The notes beneath the pieces are model-generated. The model was given only the letters and a program-made list of their open reading frames with translations. It made no database searches and was not told the origin of the DNA. 64,000 nt of DNA from Vicugna vicugna (lineage: Eukaryota). Positions 51,505 through 64,000 of this stretch are shown in pieces (position 1 is the first letter of the stretch; each line of letters starts with the position of its first letter). The stretch is taken from NCBI GenBank assembly GCA_013265495.1, contig MU058213.1:7146066-7210065 (forward strand). The letters are read 5' to 3'. A program made the translations under genes and the position numbers.

Positions 51505-51825
51505 AAAAGCTTGTTAGAAAACATACATATATTTTTAGTTAGTTACACTGTTAAATAAATTAAGTATTTTAAGAAAAGAATGATTACAGTGATGTTCGTG
51601 TACAATTAATAAGGGAATAAGAGGGAAATTAAAACATTTGATAATCGCTGCTCCCACCCTGTCATTTAGCACTGGAGTAGGAATGGTGTTTTAATAGAAA
51701 GACGTGTTAACACAATTAGAAAACTGAAAATAAAAAGTACGGAATAGAAATACTTATACATAAATTGAATTGTATGTATATACAAGGGAATTAAAAAGGA
51801 GAGCAAAGCCTCTTGTATAACTTAC

Positions 51826-51955
51826 CAACATAAAATGAGCAGTTGGAATGCAATAAACTTTCAGTCCACAGGCGACAAAGTTCACTTTCAGTCAGAGCTT
51901 CAACTCCGTAGCAACCCTGATACTCCACTTTCGGTAGCACATAAACTGGAAATTG
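51826..51955 (-). CDS. ICE2: ICE2 coding exon (130 nt)
   Basis: ctgcag|CAATTT...GTTG|gtaag. Encodes QFPVYVLPKVEYQGCYGVEALTESELCRLWTESLLHSNCSFYV(G); phases fit both neighbours. Confidence 0.96.
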
Positions 51956-52936
51956 CTGCAGTGCAAGGTTATACTTTTAGAAAGCTCCATTAATTTACCA
52001 TGAATAGCAAATATAATAGCCTATATAATTTTGCCCCTTTCAGAATGCTTTCAGGCAATTCTACTTCACCCTTTGGGATTCAGACAGAGAGAGGGACAGA
52101 ACTCTTTGTAGAAGTGGACAAGAGGTGGGTAAACAGGAGGTCTTGAACCAACAGCCTCTGTCACCCCCAACGAAGATCAACATACCTCCCTACACATGCA
52201 CACATTCCATTTCTGTCACGGAATGTGACTACTGACAGAATCCTTGGAGCAGAACCTGGGACACATAATTAGCTAAAGGTTAAAAGCTAGAAGCTGGGAA
52301 GCCAAGACTAACATATACTAATAATTCTCAAGAGGATAAAAAAGGTAAGAATTTTTGGTCTCTTTAAAGCATTAGTCACACTGTCTCGGGCTTATATACT
52401 CTGAGCAGCTTGTTTTCAATCCTTGAGTGTATGAGCACTAATATCTACACTAACATCGGTGAATGTTGCTACTTTCACTAATATGAAGGCTTTATTCCAG
52501 ACACTAAGTACTTGGCAAGTCATCCATTTAGAGCTTGCTGGTCAGGACACTAACGAGATTTAGGAAAATGACGGAACCCATTACCAGTCTAAAGGAAACG
52601 TCAGGAGACGCACGTTGTGAAATCCTATAACACTAGTCGTGTTCACCGTGCTCATGCTACCTCATTTCTGTCACGTAAAATTCTACCCTTAACAGCAGTC
52701 TCTTCATTTCCACACATGATTTTTGGAACTTAAAGTGATATGGCTAGTTAGTACTTCTGAAATTATACCAAGCTATCACCATTTTTATACTTGAAAATAT
52801 CTCATAAATGTTTCAGAATTCCTGATTTTCACAAAGTGGTACATTAAGTGGGCTTGGCATAATGGTGGTGATTAAAAACAATCCAAACCCAGCAAAATTT
52901 CTGTTAACAATAACTTTGGTTCATTATTACCTTTGA

Positions 52937-53090
52937 ATGTTGTAAGACTCTAAAGCAGTGCTTCTTAAATTTCAATACGCATATGAGTAACCTGATGATT
53001 TTGTTAAAATGCAAAATCTAAGGTGAAAACGGAGGCTTTGCATTTTTAACAAGCTGTTGTTTCAGGGGCCAAACTTTTGAGTAGTAAGTT
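52937..53090. mobile_element. MER5A-like hAT-Charlie remnant
   Basis: CAGTGCTTCTTAAATTT...TTGTTAAAATGCA...TGCATTTTTAACAAGCT. Confidence 0.6.
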
Positions 53091-56000
53091 CCCTACAGTG
53101 TCTTCTTAATTAAAAAAAAATTATGATTAGTATTATTTTATTGTAAAAGCATTTAACTGTATAACAATTTTTCAGCAACTGGTAATATGCACTTACAGTT
53201 TCTTATAGCTGCAAACAGAAGCCAGATACAAAGAAATGAAGACCCAGAGGGTCGAGATATCTGCTCAAGAGCACACAGCCAGTTTACAGCAGAGTTGGAA
53301 AAAGAATAATACATAAAAAAGATCCCCTTTTGGATCATGAATAGGTAATGGAATTCTAGATTTCTTTTCAAATTAAAAAATATCACTCTTTCTGAAGAAA
53401 CTACTCTGGGGGGGTTTTCTTTGATAATACTGCTATATCTACAAAACGAAGTCCTGAATCTAGTATTAATTTCTGTACGTATTCTACTGCCATCTCCAGG
53501 AAGCCAATGGAAAGAAAAATCTGAATGTTTTATTTTAGTATTGCAAAATTAAAGTGAAATTTTAAGTACAAAGTTTTCAAATTATAAAAATTAAATTTAC
53601 ATTTCCTTTATCCCTTGATTGGTAGCTCCTTTTCTCCCTAAGTGAAACTTTGCCATGGTTCTCTGTCTTTCAGTTTTTCACATAAGCCTTTCAAACTTTT
53701 ACATACATTCCCAAATAGATATTTCATAGCTAGTATCCTGTCATTAACCCCAATAGGTATATTCTGTTCTTTCCTAATACTCAAGAATTGTCAGGATCCT
53801 TTTTTTTGGCCCTAGAATGGCAATATAAACTTTAAAATAACTGGATCTGAATTTTTGACCCACTTTAGAATATAGCTCTTAGGAAATCTGATTGAGACAG
53901 ACAATGAAATAATGTTAAATTATTCAAAGGTACTTGGTCTGGATTTCATAATTATATGTAGAACAGGAAGTTGCAGTTCCAACTTGTGGTCCAAATTAGC
54001 CCTCTTTATTTCATTCCAGCATTTGAAATTGGCTGCTGTTTTAGGTTCTCCTCTATCCTGCAGCTCTTATTAAGCAGAATTTTGGTGAGGAAGGATAAAT
54101 GATATTGGAAACTAAAATCTCAACTGTGATAACACAGGATGGAAGAACCAAAGGAAAAAAACTGATAAGGTTCTTGGACAACAGGGGTTGAAAAGTCTTC
54201 TGAATATTTTAAAACTTTATCTAAACAAGTTGATTTTGAAGTAGGAAACATTAATGAAGATGCATTCTTACCTAATTAGAGTTTAAACAGTGCTGCTTTA
54301 AAATTTCTCAACTAGTGCCTCAACTTCCCTTCCTTAACAACATGGTCCTCTCTTCTTACCCCAGTTTTCCTCATTTATTCAATACCTATTTATTAAGTTC
54401 CTATGGAATAAAAAATTGGGAGAAACAGATAAATAGGAGATGATTCCAAAGGGAATACATTCTACTAGGGAATTTAAACCATGTGTACTAAACTATTACA
54501 CATACTGACAGGTACAATATGATAAGCATTCACTGAGAATTTTAAAATTTTATTCTGGGATTAACACAACTGGAAAGATAAGGCTCCTGTTCAGCTATTC
54601 TTTGGGACTTGACTGTTCTGATATTTTGATGAAGAATGAATTGTCTCCTGTAAAGTTTTGTCTTAACATTTACTTTAGTAATTTCACTTTAGTCAAGTGA
54701 ATGACCATGTTCTTAACAGTTTGTCTTTTTTAAGAATTAAATCAGTGTCAAAAATATCCCTAGGCTGTTCTCACTGAAGAGATCCTGGCCATCAATAATT
54801 TCTAAGTGCTATAAGCTGGTAGATCAATACAGAGTGGTATGGGCTCAGAGGGTAGAATGTAAAAGAAATGAGTTTAGCGCCCAAATAAATCAGATACCAA
54901 GTAAGAAATAATGAAATAAAATTCTGAAAATATAATCCACAGCACTGACACTATATGTATTCAAGATGTTCATGTGTTCGTGCTATGCCCGTTAAATTCA
55001 TCACAGTTAAATATAGGTAAGATTAGAAAAATCAGCAAATAAAGTAAAATCTTTTACTACAAGGAGTATTTGTATTTATCTAGAAGGAGACTAATATCAG
55101 ACCCATAGTATTTTATCATTCCTTGAGATTCTCTTACAAAAAAACACTCCCCCATACATTTAATTCAAAACTATTTAGTTTCTAAAATTTCAAGTCTGAA
55201 TCAATGATGAAACCAAATTATGAGAATTAGAAACTTAAAATTTTATTAACAATCTTCCTTCTAAGGATAAAAGTGCCATCAAGGCAAAGATCCACTAAGT
55301 GCATTGGATTCTGGTGGACAAAGTACACATCCTTGACCCTGATGGACTGGCTTTAGCAGTTTTTCATGACAGACTCTCCCTCTGCTGCTATTGGCAGCTG
55401 AGAAAGGTAGGTACTTCTTTTTCTTTTCTTTTCCGTTATACCTTAATATGACCAGGCAAAGTCAGGAAGTTGACCCACAAGGGTCAGTGCTAGAACATCA
55501 CTGTTCTTGATTTACCTGTTCCCTGGCCAAAAACACACTGATGTTCTAAAGTGGTCACTGAGGATTCTTGTTGGGTGGTAGGTCAAACAGCAAGAAACAG
55601 AGATATCAAAACAGAAAGGAAGAAGAGAAGGAAGAAAAAGAAGAAGGAAGGGAGGAAGGAAAGAAGGGTATGCTATGACAGATGTACATCACAGGAAAAA
55701 TTCTCTAAAGAAAAAGTTAAAGGAGAGACTTAGCACTACTTCTTGTGCAATCAATTATACCACAAAAGCTCCTCTTTATTAACCAGAATTCAGTGGTTAC
55801 ACACACACACACACAATCAAACTAATTCAAACTAATCTGAAAAAGAACTTCAAATATCAAACGCAGAAAACTGCTCAAAGAACCAATCACTCAAATTGTG
55901 GCAAAAATTTTTTTTAACCGAGAAAAACATTTATATCAAATCCCAAAAGAAACAACAGGGGAAAATGAAAGGAAGACACTTGGTCTTCCAACAATCCTGA

Positions 56001-56401
56001 GAAGACATTTCAAATGTGCATGAAAGCCCACCTTTTAAAACTTGAACTTCTAAAATGACTCAAGAAAATTCTCAAAGAAAGAAAGAAAGGGGCCAATATG
56101 TCATAATGGAAATCCAAATTCACAGAGAAAGCTGGAATATGTGTGCCAACCTAGGTCAAATCTACAATGGTGCCTTTTTCACATAGTTTATCTATTCCAT
56201 GCAAGAATGTCACCAGTACTAATGACTGTTAGGTTTAAGTAAACACTCTCCCTTATTAAAAGTGTTTTCAGTATTTCATGTGGAAAATCTACTGTAAGAG
56301 TAACCAACAATTTAACACTAAACTTCATAACAACGCCATGTAAATATTTGCTAATTATCTATTTATGCTATTACATCCTAACTCCCCAAGTAACTACATA
56401 C

Positions 56402-56577
56402 TCTTCTGATTTTCTTCCGCTTTTTGGAACGTGGTCTGGTCTCTATCCTCTGGACACTGCATCGCACAAGTAGCAACAGGTCTTGCAGGCTGAACAGCTT
56501 GTAAACAAAATTTCCATCCTGAGGAGCCACATATTCCGAAGTATCTTCAACATAGTCCTGAAGTTCATATGGCAATC
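56402..56577 (-). CDS. ICE2: ICE2 coding exon (176 nt) with basic NLS-like RPRSKKRKKIRR
   Basis: tttaaag|GATTGCCA completes CGA (Arg) with the previous exon. Encodes LPYELQDYVEDTSEYVAPQDGNFVYKLFSLQDLLLLVRCSVQRIETRPRSKKRKKIRR; donor AGA|gtatgt. Confidence 0.96.
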
Positions 56578-57283
56578 CTTTAAAAATAATTATATTTCTC
56601 ATTTTTATTTTAAAATACATTAGCCCTTTATCCATCATAATTCAGGATAAAACAATTCAACTATCAGCTTTCTACTTCCTCTGAGTTGACCATCACACTA
56701 GTACCGTTTCTGTTTACTTTTACTAGAACTCCAGCAAGAGCTAAAATCAAAGCTTTATTGAAGGCTCTCTTTCTTTTAACTACTGCTTTCACTTACCCTA
56801 GGCAAAGTATAAACTAGTGAGACAGCAGATGAAGTGAGAAGAAAGAAAAGCTTTAAAAAGTAGTGTTATTCATAATCCTGGCAGAGCTGAGCTGCAGCTT
56901 TGTATTTATTTCACAAAATGAAAAAGTACAAGACTGTAGCCCAACACCAGGAATACATTTAGACTAATAAATAGTTATGACTATTTTTGGTAAATGATAA
57001 CTTATCAAATTCGTCCTACAGTCCATTATCTGTAGCTTAGTGGCCACTGTACATGTTGGATAACTTAGGTTACAAAAATCCATCCACATTTTTAGACTGA
57101 AGGTTTTAAAAGCTGAAATACTGAACAGTAGATTGAAAAATAAAATATCAATGACTATGCAAAGATATTATAACAAAGAGAAAACATGTTACAATAAATA
57201 GAAAGTGAGGGGATGAGGGAGAAAATCGAGGATAAGGTACAGGCAAACAGTTAATATAAAATTCTTTGAAAATATTTACTTAC

Positions 57284-58280
57284 GTCCTTTTGGCTTCTGA
57301 AAGGCAGAAGGCCATATAGATTTTGGCCAACCAGAGGCATCTGAAGGAGCAGAGGATTGCTCAGAAATAGGAGGCTGCTTAGAATTTTCCGAATTCATTA
57401 AAGGCAACTCAGGTATTTTTCTGGAAATTGGCTTTAAGAGTTCATCTTGCATTTTTAAAATTTCTCCAACTGGATCAAATTTTTTATATACTCGTTTGAT
57501 AGGTTTTTTTAAAATACATGATTCTTCAAGACTACAAGTAGTATTAGTCTGGTTTCCTACAGAAGCCTGTCCTGAGGAAGAATTCAGGCTAGTTGGCTTA
57601 GAACTTAAATTAGAACCCACTTCGGCTGTCTTTCCATTACTATTATTTTGACATTCTGTATCAATTATTAAACAGTCTTCATCTGTATCACTATTGCAAA
57701 GAACTACATCTTCAGTTTTAGCTGCTTCTGATGTAACAGTCTTTTCCTTTGAATTATTGTCTGTGTTCTCTACAACATTCAGTGCTTCACCAACACACTC
57801 CATGTCAGTGGCCATATCATTTTCATTAGAAGTTTCCACTTCTGTAGAACTTTCTAACTGAAAGGCATCGGATGTTTTCAAGTTATCTTCTTGCACCAAA
57901 GACTTGTCAGAATTTGATACCTTTTCACTACATGGTATAAATCCTTGATCATCTTTATTTTTGCACTCTTCAGGGCCACCATCCATACCAGTCACCAGCT
58001 GTTTCTCCTTTTGCAACTGTTCCATCAGAATCTGAGATAAACTTCTAGAGTGAGCAGAAATGTCTGGTGCATTTGGTGCTACAGATGTGGTTGCCGTGCT
58101 GGGGGCTATGGGCGTATCTGTTGTGCTGGGTACTGTGGAAGTGCTTGCTGGACTTGGTGACTTTGACGATTTGGTGGTAGTTACTCCAAAAGTTTCAAGT
58201 TCTGTGACATCATCATCAAAATCCAGATCCAAATTTTCAAGGGTTTCAATTTTTCGGCATTCATTAACTTCATAAGACGT
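57284..58280 (-). CDS. ICE2: ICE2 large coding exon (probably human exon 10), 997 nt
   Basis: TSYEVNECRKIETLENLDLDFDDDVTELETFG...SAFQKPKG matches recalled ICE2/NARG2. Acceptor ttcttaag|ACG at 58281/58280 (phase 0); donor GGAC|gtaagt at 57284/57283. Confidence 0.95.
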
Positions 58281-59199
58281 CTTAAGAAAATATATTGGCA
58301 AACCATTAGCAAAAATTCCAGGCCATCCTTCACCTATCAATGTCCTATCACATACATAGTTCATGCTCTTTAAAAGCAAAAAGAAAAATCTAAGTGCTTT
58401 GAAAGATTATTGCTTTGACAAACTATTATCAACTAATTTATTTAACCCTACCTTCCCATTGAAATGTTGATGAAGGAAATGGGAAACACAGGCGAATTAC
58501 TACAGCTCGAGAGATATTCCACTAATCAAAAAACAGACAGGATCACAAAGAAGAAATGTAAGGCTAAACAGAAAAACAGTAGATTTTTCATTCACACTCA
58601 CTTTATACACTCTTGCAGGGACTTAGCTGACCAGGAGGAAAGCCTCTTGGCTGCTGTCAGGAAGCTGCTTTCTAACATGGCTGGGGAAGTATCACCACCC
58701 TCTAACATCAATCAACGACTTTCTTTCTGTATCTACTCAGGGACGACAACTCTCAGTAATATGAGGAGAAATGGACAGGAAGTGGTTTTATTGCATTCTG
58801 GGACATGAAGCTCCTGAAGTGATAGTTTTGCTTATACTGTTTTGGTAGTGGAAGAACTACAGACATTTTTAAGTTATTTAGCAATAAACTGTCTTCTCCC
58901 CAAGCAGCAACATCTCTCCCCAATCTAGCAGAGCATTTTAGATAAATCTGATAGAATTGCCTAACAGTTTAGGGTTTGGGAGACAAATACTTCAACAGCT
59001 TCAGGCAATAAGTAAGAAAGATCTACCTGTGTAAATTACTTTACCTCTCTGAAAATCAATTTCATCATCTCTAAAATAGACATAATAGGGTCACCCTCAG
59101 ATTTGTTCTAAGGATTAAATGAGAAATTATATAAAGCTTCTTGGCATAGTAAGTAGTTTCGCAGTAAATGGAAGCACTTACTAAAATAAGGACTACCAG

Positions 59200-62100
59200 A
59201 TTTAGTAAAAAAAAATTAAACTATGTACTGTTTACATGAAGCATTCTTACACAAAGGTTCAAAAGAAAAGAATGGGACATGACATCAAGAAATAAAGAAG
59301 GAATAGCAGTATTAAGTGTTAGACAAAGTGGAATTCAATGCAAAAAGCATTAGATAGAAAAAGTAATCCTATGTTGAAAAAAGATCAAATCCATGATGGA
59401 TAATGAACTGGGATGTGCCAAATAACATCAAAATCATCAAAACTGAAAAACAAACAAAAAATTTGACAGAAACACAACTGTACTTGGTCAATGATACACT
59501 GTATCCAAGTAAAAATTAATAGAGGTGTAGAAAGTATGAATCATATTTAATGACTGAAACAACAATACATGAATGACTGAGAACATACATATAGACTACA
59601 AAGATACACCTTTTCCCTCCCAAGAATCGAAGGGGCATTTCCCAAGACGGACTATAAATTAATATACAAAGAAAACATCAATATAGCACAAAGCAAAATC
59701 TGCTAAGGTCTTACTCTGTTTAGAAGGAAATAAAGTTAGAAATCATTAAGAAAAATGTAAACAAATAATAATAAACCCAAGTACTTGGGAACTGAAGAAC
59801 ACCTCAAATTGTTGGATATAAGAAGAAATTAAAGTGACAATTCCAAAATACTTAAGAATTAGAACACTGGACATTAAAAATCAGAAGTACCATTCATAGC
59901 CTTTTCAAGAAATAGGAAAATAACAATAGAATCATAATAATAAAATGAAGAAATTTCATAAATATAAAACCAAAATTAACGACCTAAAAAACAATGTTCT
60001 CACCCCTGACAGAACAAATTTGGACAAACTTAAAAATATCATTTACCTGTAAATAGTATGTACTTAAAATTCTTCTGTAAAACATGTTAATTACATCAAT
60101 AAAATTATTACAATTCCTTAATGTCATGAAATACCTAACCAGTGTTAAAATTTCCTAGTCTGATAAATTTCTTTACAATTGTTTATTGGAATCAGGATCC
60201 AACCAAGATGCCTACACTGCATTTGGTTGACATTTCTCAATTTTCTTTAATTTGTCAAATGCCTCTTCCTATACTTTGCCAACTTTCACATACATTAGAT
60301 ATTTGTAGAAGAAACCAGATTAGTTATCCTGTAAAAATTTCCACATCCTGGATCTTAACTCTTGCATCCCCATGAGGTCATTTAATACATTCGTCTATCC
60401 CCTAGATTTCCTATTAAAACGATCTAGTAGCTTGATCAGATTCAGGCACATTAAAAAAAATCTGAATATGTTGTATGTGGTACCATGTACTTCAACCAGG
60501 AGGCTGTGTCTGATTGTATTTCTTCCTGTGATATTACAGTTGTTCTGTTCATTCAAGTGTCATCAGTCTAATCTATCCATTAAAATTCCTTACTGATCTT
60601 CTAATGATTCTAGCAGTCACTGATGATGAGCACTGCCTAGATTCACTACTTCATTAGGAGCTGCAAAATTGTTACAGTCATGGTCTATCATTACCCTGAG
60701 ATATTGTTTGTACTAGAAAGGCAAGAGAAATATTTGAATTTTTAAAAATCAGTTTTCAAAATAATGACTACACACTAGAATCCTCCAAAGGTAATTAGTA
60801 AACCTTTTTTTAAAAAGTATCATTATGTATCCATGGAATTTAACATATTTCATATGTTTCCATCCACTGCAGCCATTTTGTCACAGTCAAACTGACACAT
60901 CTCTGGCCAATGGGAAATCCTTCAAGTTGGCACTGGCATCTGTTTAACACAATTCCATTACAGGGTTTTTACTTCTTTGATTGGCATTTGTTTATCTCTT
61001 ATGCTAAAATTTTTGGTTTCTAATATAAACATAAGTACTTATTGGCTTTATCATACTATATAATGTGTTCAAATTAACAGCAGCAGTATCATTACTAACA
61101 ATATGAGTACCAAATGCAGTTTAAGATCTTTTTGGCAATTCTCTTTGAACTCAGGATATAAATCTTTAGGGATGTACAGTCACTTAATTCTTCTTGGAGT
61201 GAACATTTCTCTTAACAATATATCTTGGGCATCACACTATAGTTGCATATCTAGAGCTTTCTGTTTCCTTTTATAGGCATACATTGGAGATATTGCATGT
61301 TTGGTTCTAGACTACCACAATAAAGCAAGTATCACAAAAGAGTGAGTCACACGAATTTTTTTAGTTTCCCAGTGCATATAAAGTTATGCTTACACTATAC
61401 TGTAGTCTACTACATCCGCAATAGCATTATGTCTTTAAAAAATGTACATAATTTAATTAAAACATACTTTACTGCTAAAAAGTGCTAACCATCATCTGAG
61501 CCTTCAAGTTGTAGTAACATCAAAAATCACTCATCACAGATCACCACCACAAGTATAATTAAGTTTGAAATATTACAAGAATGACCAAAATGTGACACAG
61601 TGACACGAAGTGTGCAAATGCTGCTAGAAAACTGGCGCCAACAGACTTGCTTCATGCAGGGTTGCCACATACCTTCAATTTGTAAAAAAACACATTCTCT
61701 GTAAAGTGCAATAAAGCAATGTGTGATAAAACATGGTATGCCTGTAGCCGCTGCACTGTATGCTACTGAGGATGGACAGTTTATTTAATCAACAACCTAT
61801 TAAGGGACATGAGAACTATTTCTAATGAATACTTTATAGCTGCAATGAATACCTTGCACAAACATTTTATTCTTTTCCTCATATACTTCTGAGCTACACT
61901 TCTAGAAGTTAGATTTCTAGGGCAAAGGATGAACACATTAGTTTTCATCTGTTCTGTGGGTACATCTGTCTTTATCTGACAAAAATGCTACAGCAATTAT
62001 CTTCTTTCTTCTAATAACTCTGTGAGAGCTTCCATCAATAATCCTCTTCTGTTCCTTATGGTTAATTGAGATGGGTTTTCCTGCTTCTGTAGGAAGATAA

Positions 62101-63850
62101 TCCTGTGAGGGGCAGGGTGGTGTAACAGCATAGCTTTCTTAGCTTCATGGCTCTAAACTCATGCTTCATTGTTACCACGACGTGTGTACTGTGTATAAGC
62201 ATGTGGGGCTGTGTGTCTGCGTGTACATACAAAATCTTTAGTGTATTCTGAGATCTGCTTCCTCTAGTCCCCTCTCCCACAGTTATCTGAAAACCTGTCT
62301 TCTCTTTATCTTTAATGTCCTTGTTCTGCTCAATATGGACTTTTTACCACTAAGGAGTTTTCTCTGATGAAGGCTTTAGTTTTGGAAGGGACTTTGGCTG
62401 GTTAGTTTCTAGAATTCTTAGTGCTTAGGTCATCGCAGACCTATTTTAACTTCGGGAGTGTCCCTGCACTCACCTACAAGTTAGAGCCCACCCACATCAT
62501 TCTGACTTTTGTTATTCTTCATTTGTTCTTGCATCTTTCACCAACTTCCTTCTGAGTGGGGTTATTTCCCTTGTGCCCAAAGAACATCCAGTAGAGGGGG
62601 TCTGCTAGTAGCAAACTCAGTTTTTACCTAAAAAATCTTTAATTTTTTTAGTTATTTAAGGATATTTTCACTGGTTAGACAATTTTAGTAAGAGCGTTAT
62701 TTTCTCTCAGCACAATATATTGTTCCAATGTCTTCTGGAGTCCATTGTTGTTGTTACTTGCCAGTCTGACTCTCAGGCCTGCATAGTATACGCGCCTTTT
62801 GTTTCTCTGGTGGCTTTCAAGAGTTATTTCATTGTCTCCAAGTTATGATTTGGTCTCATTATCTCTTATACACCTTTTGGGTGCAGGTACATGCATGTTA
62901 GACATCCCCACTATACTCTCTGTACCTCTTGCCTGTTCTCCACAGTTTCTATCTTCTTGTTGTCTTTGTTTCATTATAGTCTTTTCAGACCCATCTTCTA
63001 GTTTATTCTCTCTTCAGTTTTATCTAATGTGCTAATAACCCCCTTTATAGACTTTTTAACTATACTTGCTATATTTTTTAGTTTTAAGATTTTTATTTAG
63101 TTCTTTTTCATATCTGCTCTTTTAGAAGTTTCTAGTTCCTCATTGAAATCTTCAAGCATACCTTTTATTTCCTTGCATACATAGCATATAATTAAACAGA
63201 GCTGGCTCACAGTTTGTGATTGATAATCCTAGGATCCATTTCTGTGAGTCTATTTCTTTGGTCATTGTTTGTGATGGTTCTTGCTTAAGTATCTAGTCTC
63301 CTCCAGTGTCTAGTTATCTTTAACTATTTTCTGGATGCTACATTTAAAAAGTTATTTGTAGAGATAATTTGAGCTTCAAAAGGATGCTGTGTTCCTCTAG
63401 GATTATTTTCATTTGCTTTTGCTAGCTGTCCAGAAACACTAGCAATGAAAGAGCATCTGAATCCAAGTCCAAAGCCTGAAAAACCAGGATACAATCTTTG
63501 AGAAACTGATTTATTTCTGGGGTACAGCCCTGCAGGATCCAAACTCTTGGTGGAAAACTGAACTCTGATATTCGTCACCCTAGTCCAGTGATGCTGTCAA
63601 CACATATTTTGTTGCTTCCTCAGAATTGGCAGATAATATTCCAGGCAAAAATTACCCTAAGTGACAGGCTTATCAACCTGGATTCTGGTCTTCTCTAGTA
63701 TCTCAGTTCTGTAAGTCCTTCCAATTTTGTTAGCCCTTTGATGATTCTATAATATATCTACTTTCTTTTTAGTTATCATCAGTAATGGGGAAGGCCCAAA
63801 TTACCTGGTCTGCCATTAGTGAAAGAAGTTACTCTGTCACTTTTTAATCT
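59200..63850. mobile_element. Old L1M fragments in both orientations filling the ICE2 intron
   Basis: Plus-strand L1 ORF2-like ~59200-60040; minus-strand L1MC-like ~60060-61180 and L1ME-like ~62300-63840. Confidence 0.55.
61274..61744. mobile_element. Tigger1 internal-deletion derivative with both TIRs
   Basis: TA|TAGGCATACATTGG...CATGGTATGCCTG|TA; ~470 bp with a TA target duplication. Confidence 0.8.
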
Positions 63851-64000
63851 CTCTTAACCTACTTCATGTTTCTTTATGGCACTTATTAGTTCCTGACATT
63901 TCACCTCATGTGAACACACATTTTGGGTGGATTTTAAAATGTAAAAAAAAAACAAATACAAAAACAAAAACCGCCCAAAAACCTTAAGAAAAGCTGGAAG

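Noticed and set aside
55204..55345. C-box ATGATGA with a later CTGA (possible C/D snoRNA)
   Set aside because: Antisense to the host gene, only a 3-bp terminal stem, and no recognisable rRNA guide.
58281..58379. N-terminal 33 aa of the 367-aa ORF
   Set aside because: Lies upstream of the ttcttaag acceptor; ICE2 similarity starts at 58280, so this part is intron.
58464..58860. 114-aa plus-strand ORF and weak splice-like sites upstream of the large ICE2 exon
   Set aside because: No recognisable homology, the minus-strand acceptor lacks a pyrimidine tract, and nothing else supports it.
1..64000. CRISPR arrays, operons, intact retroviral or transposase ORFs, NUMTs
   Set aside because: None seen; this is mammalian intron and intergenic DNA with only degenerate repeats.

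Overview
Mammalian genomic DNA, most likely camelid (Camelus/Vicugna), judged from four tRNA-Ala-derived Vic-1-type SINEs. Two genes lie on the minus strand, in the order I recall from human 15q22. (1) The 3' half of ICE2 (NARG2, little elongation complex subunit 2): seven GT-AG coding exons (58280-57284, 56577-56402, 51955-51826, 39129-39045, 37769-37719, 34289-34031, 30480-30358). They splice into one uninterrupted 1821-nt frame (606 aa plus stop) and are followed by a 3' UTR. The 5' exons lie beyond 64000. (2) The ANXA2 CpG-island promoter (TATA, GC boxes, AP-1), non-coding exon 1 (~5900-5857) and the start of intron 1. The ANXA2 coding exons lie before position 1. The rest is intronic or intergenic and rich in old repeats (MaLR LTRs, L1, L2, MIR, Tigger, hAT). 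I found no convincing new biological system. The best leads are two candidate unannotated exons in the last ICE2 intron, a tailless 40-nt 5S rRNA retrocopy with a 14-bp TSD, a polyadenylated LTR fragment retroposed with a TSD, apparent loss of the human ANXA2 N-terminal-extension isoform, and small CpG-rich candidate upstream promoters. Homologies and repeat family names come from recall, not database searches; repeat boundaries are approximate.
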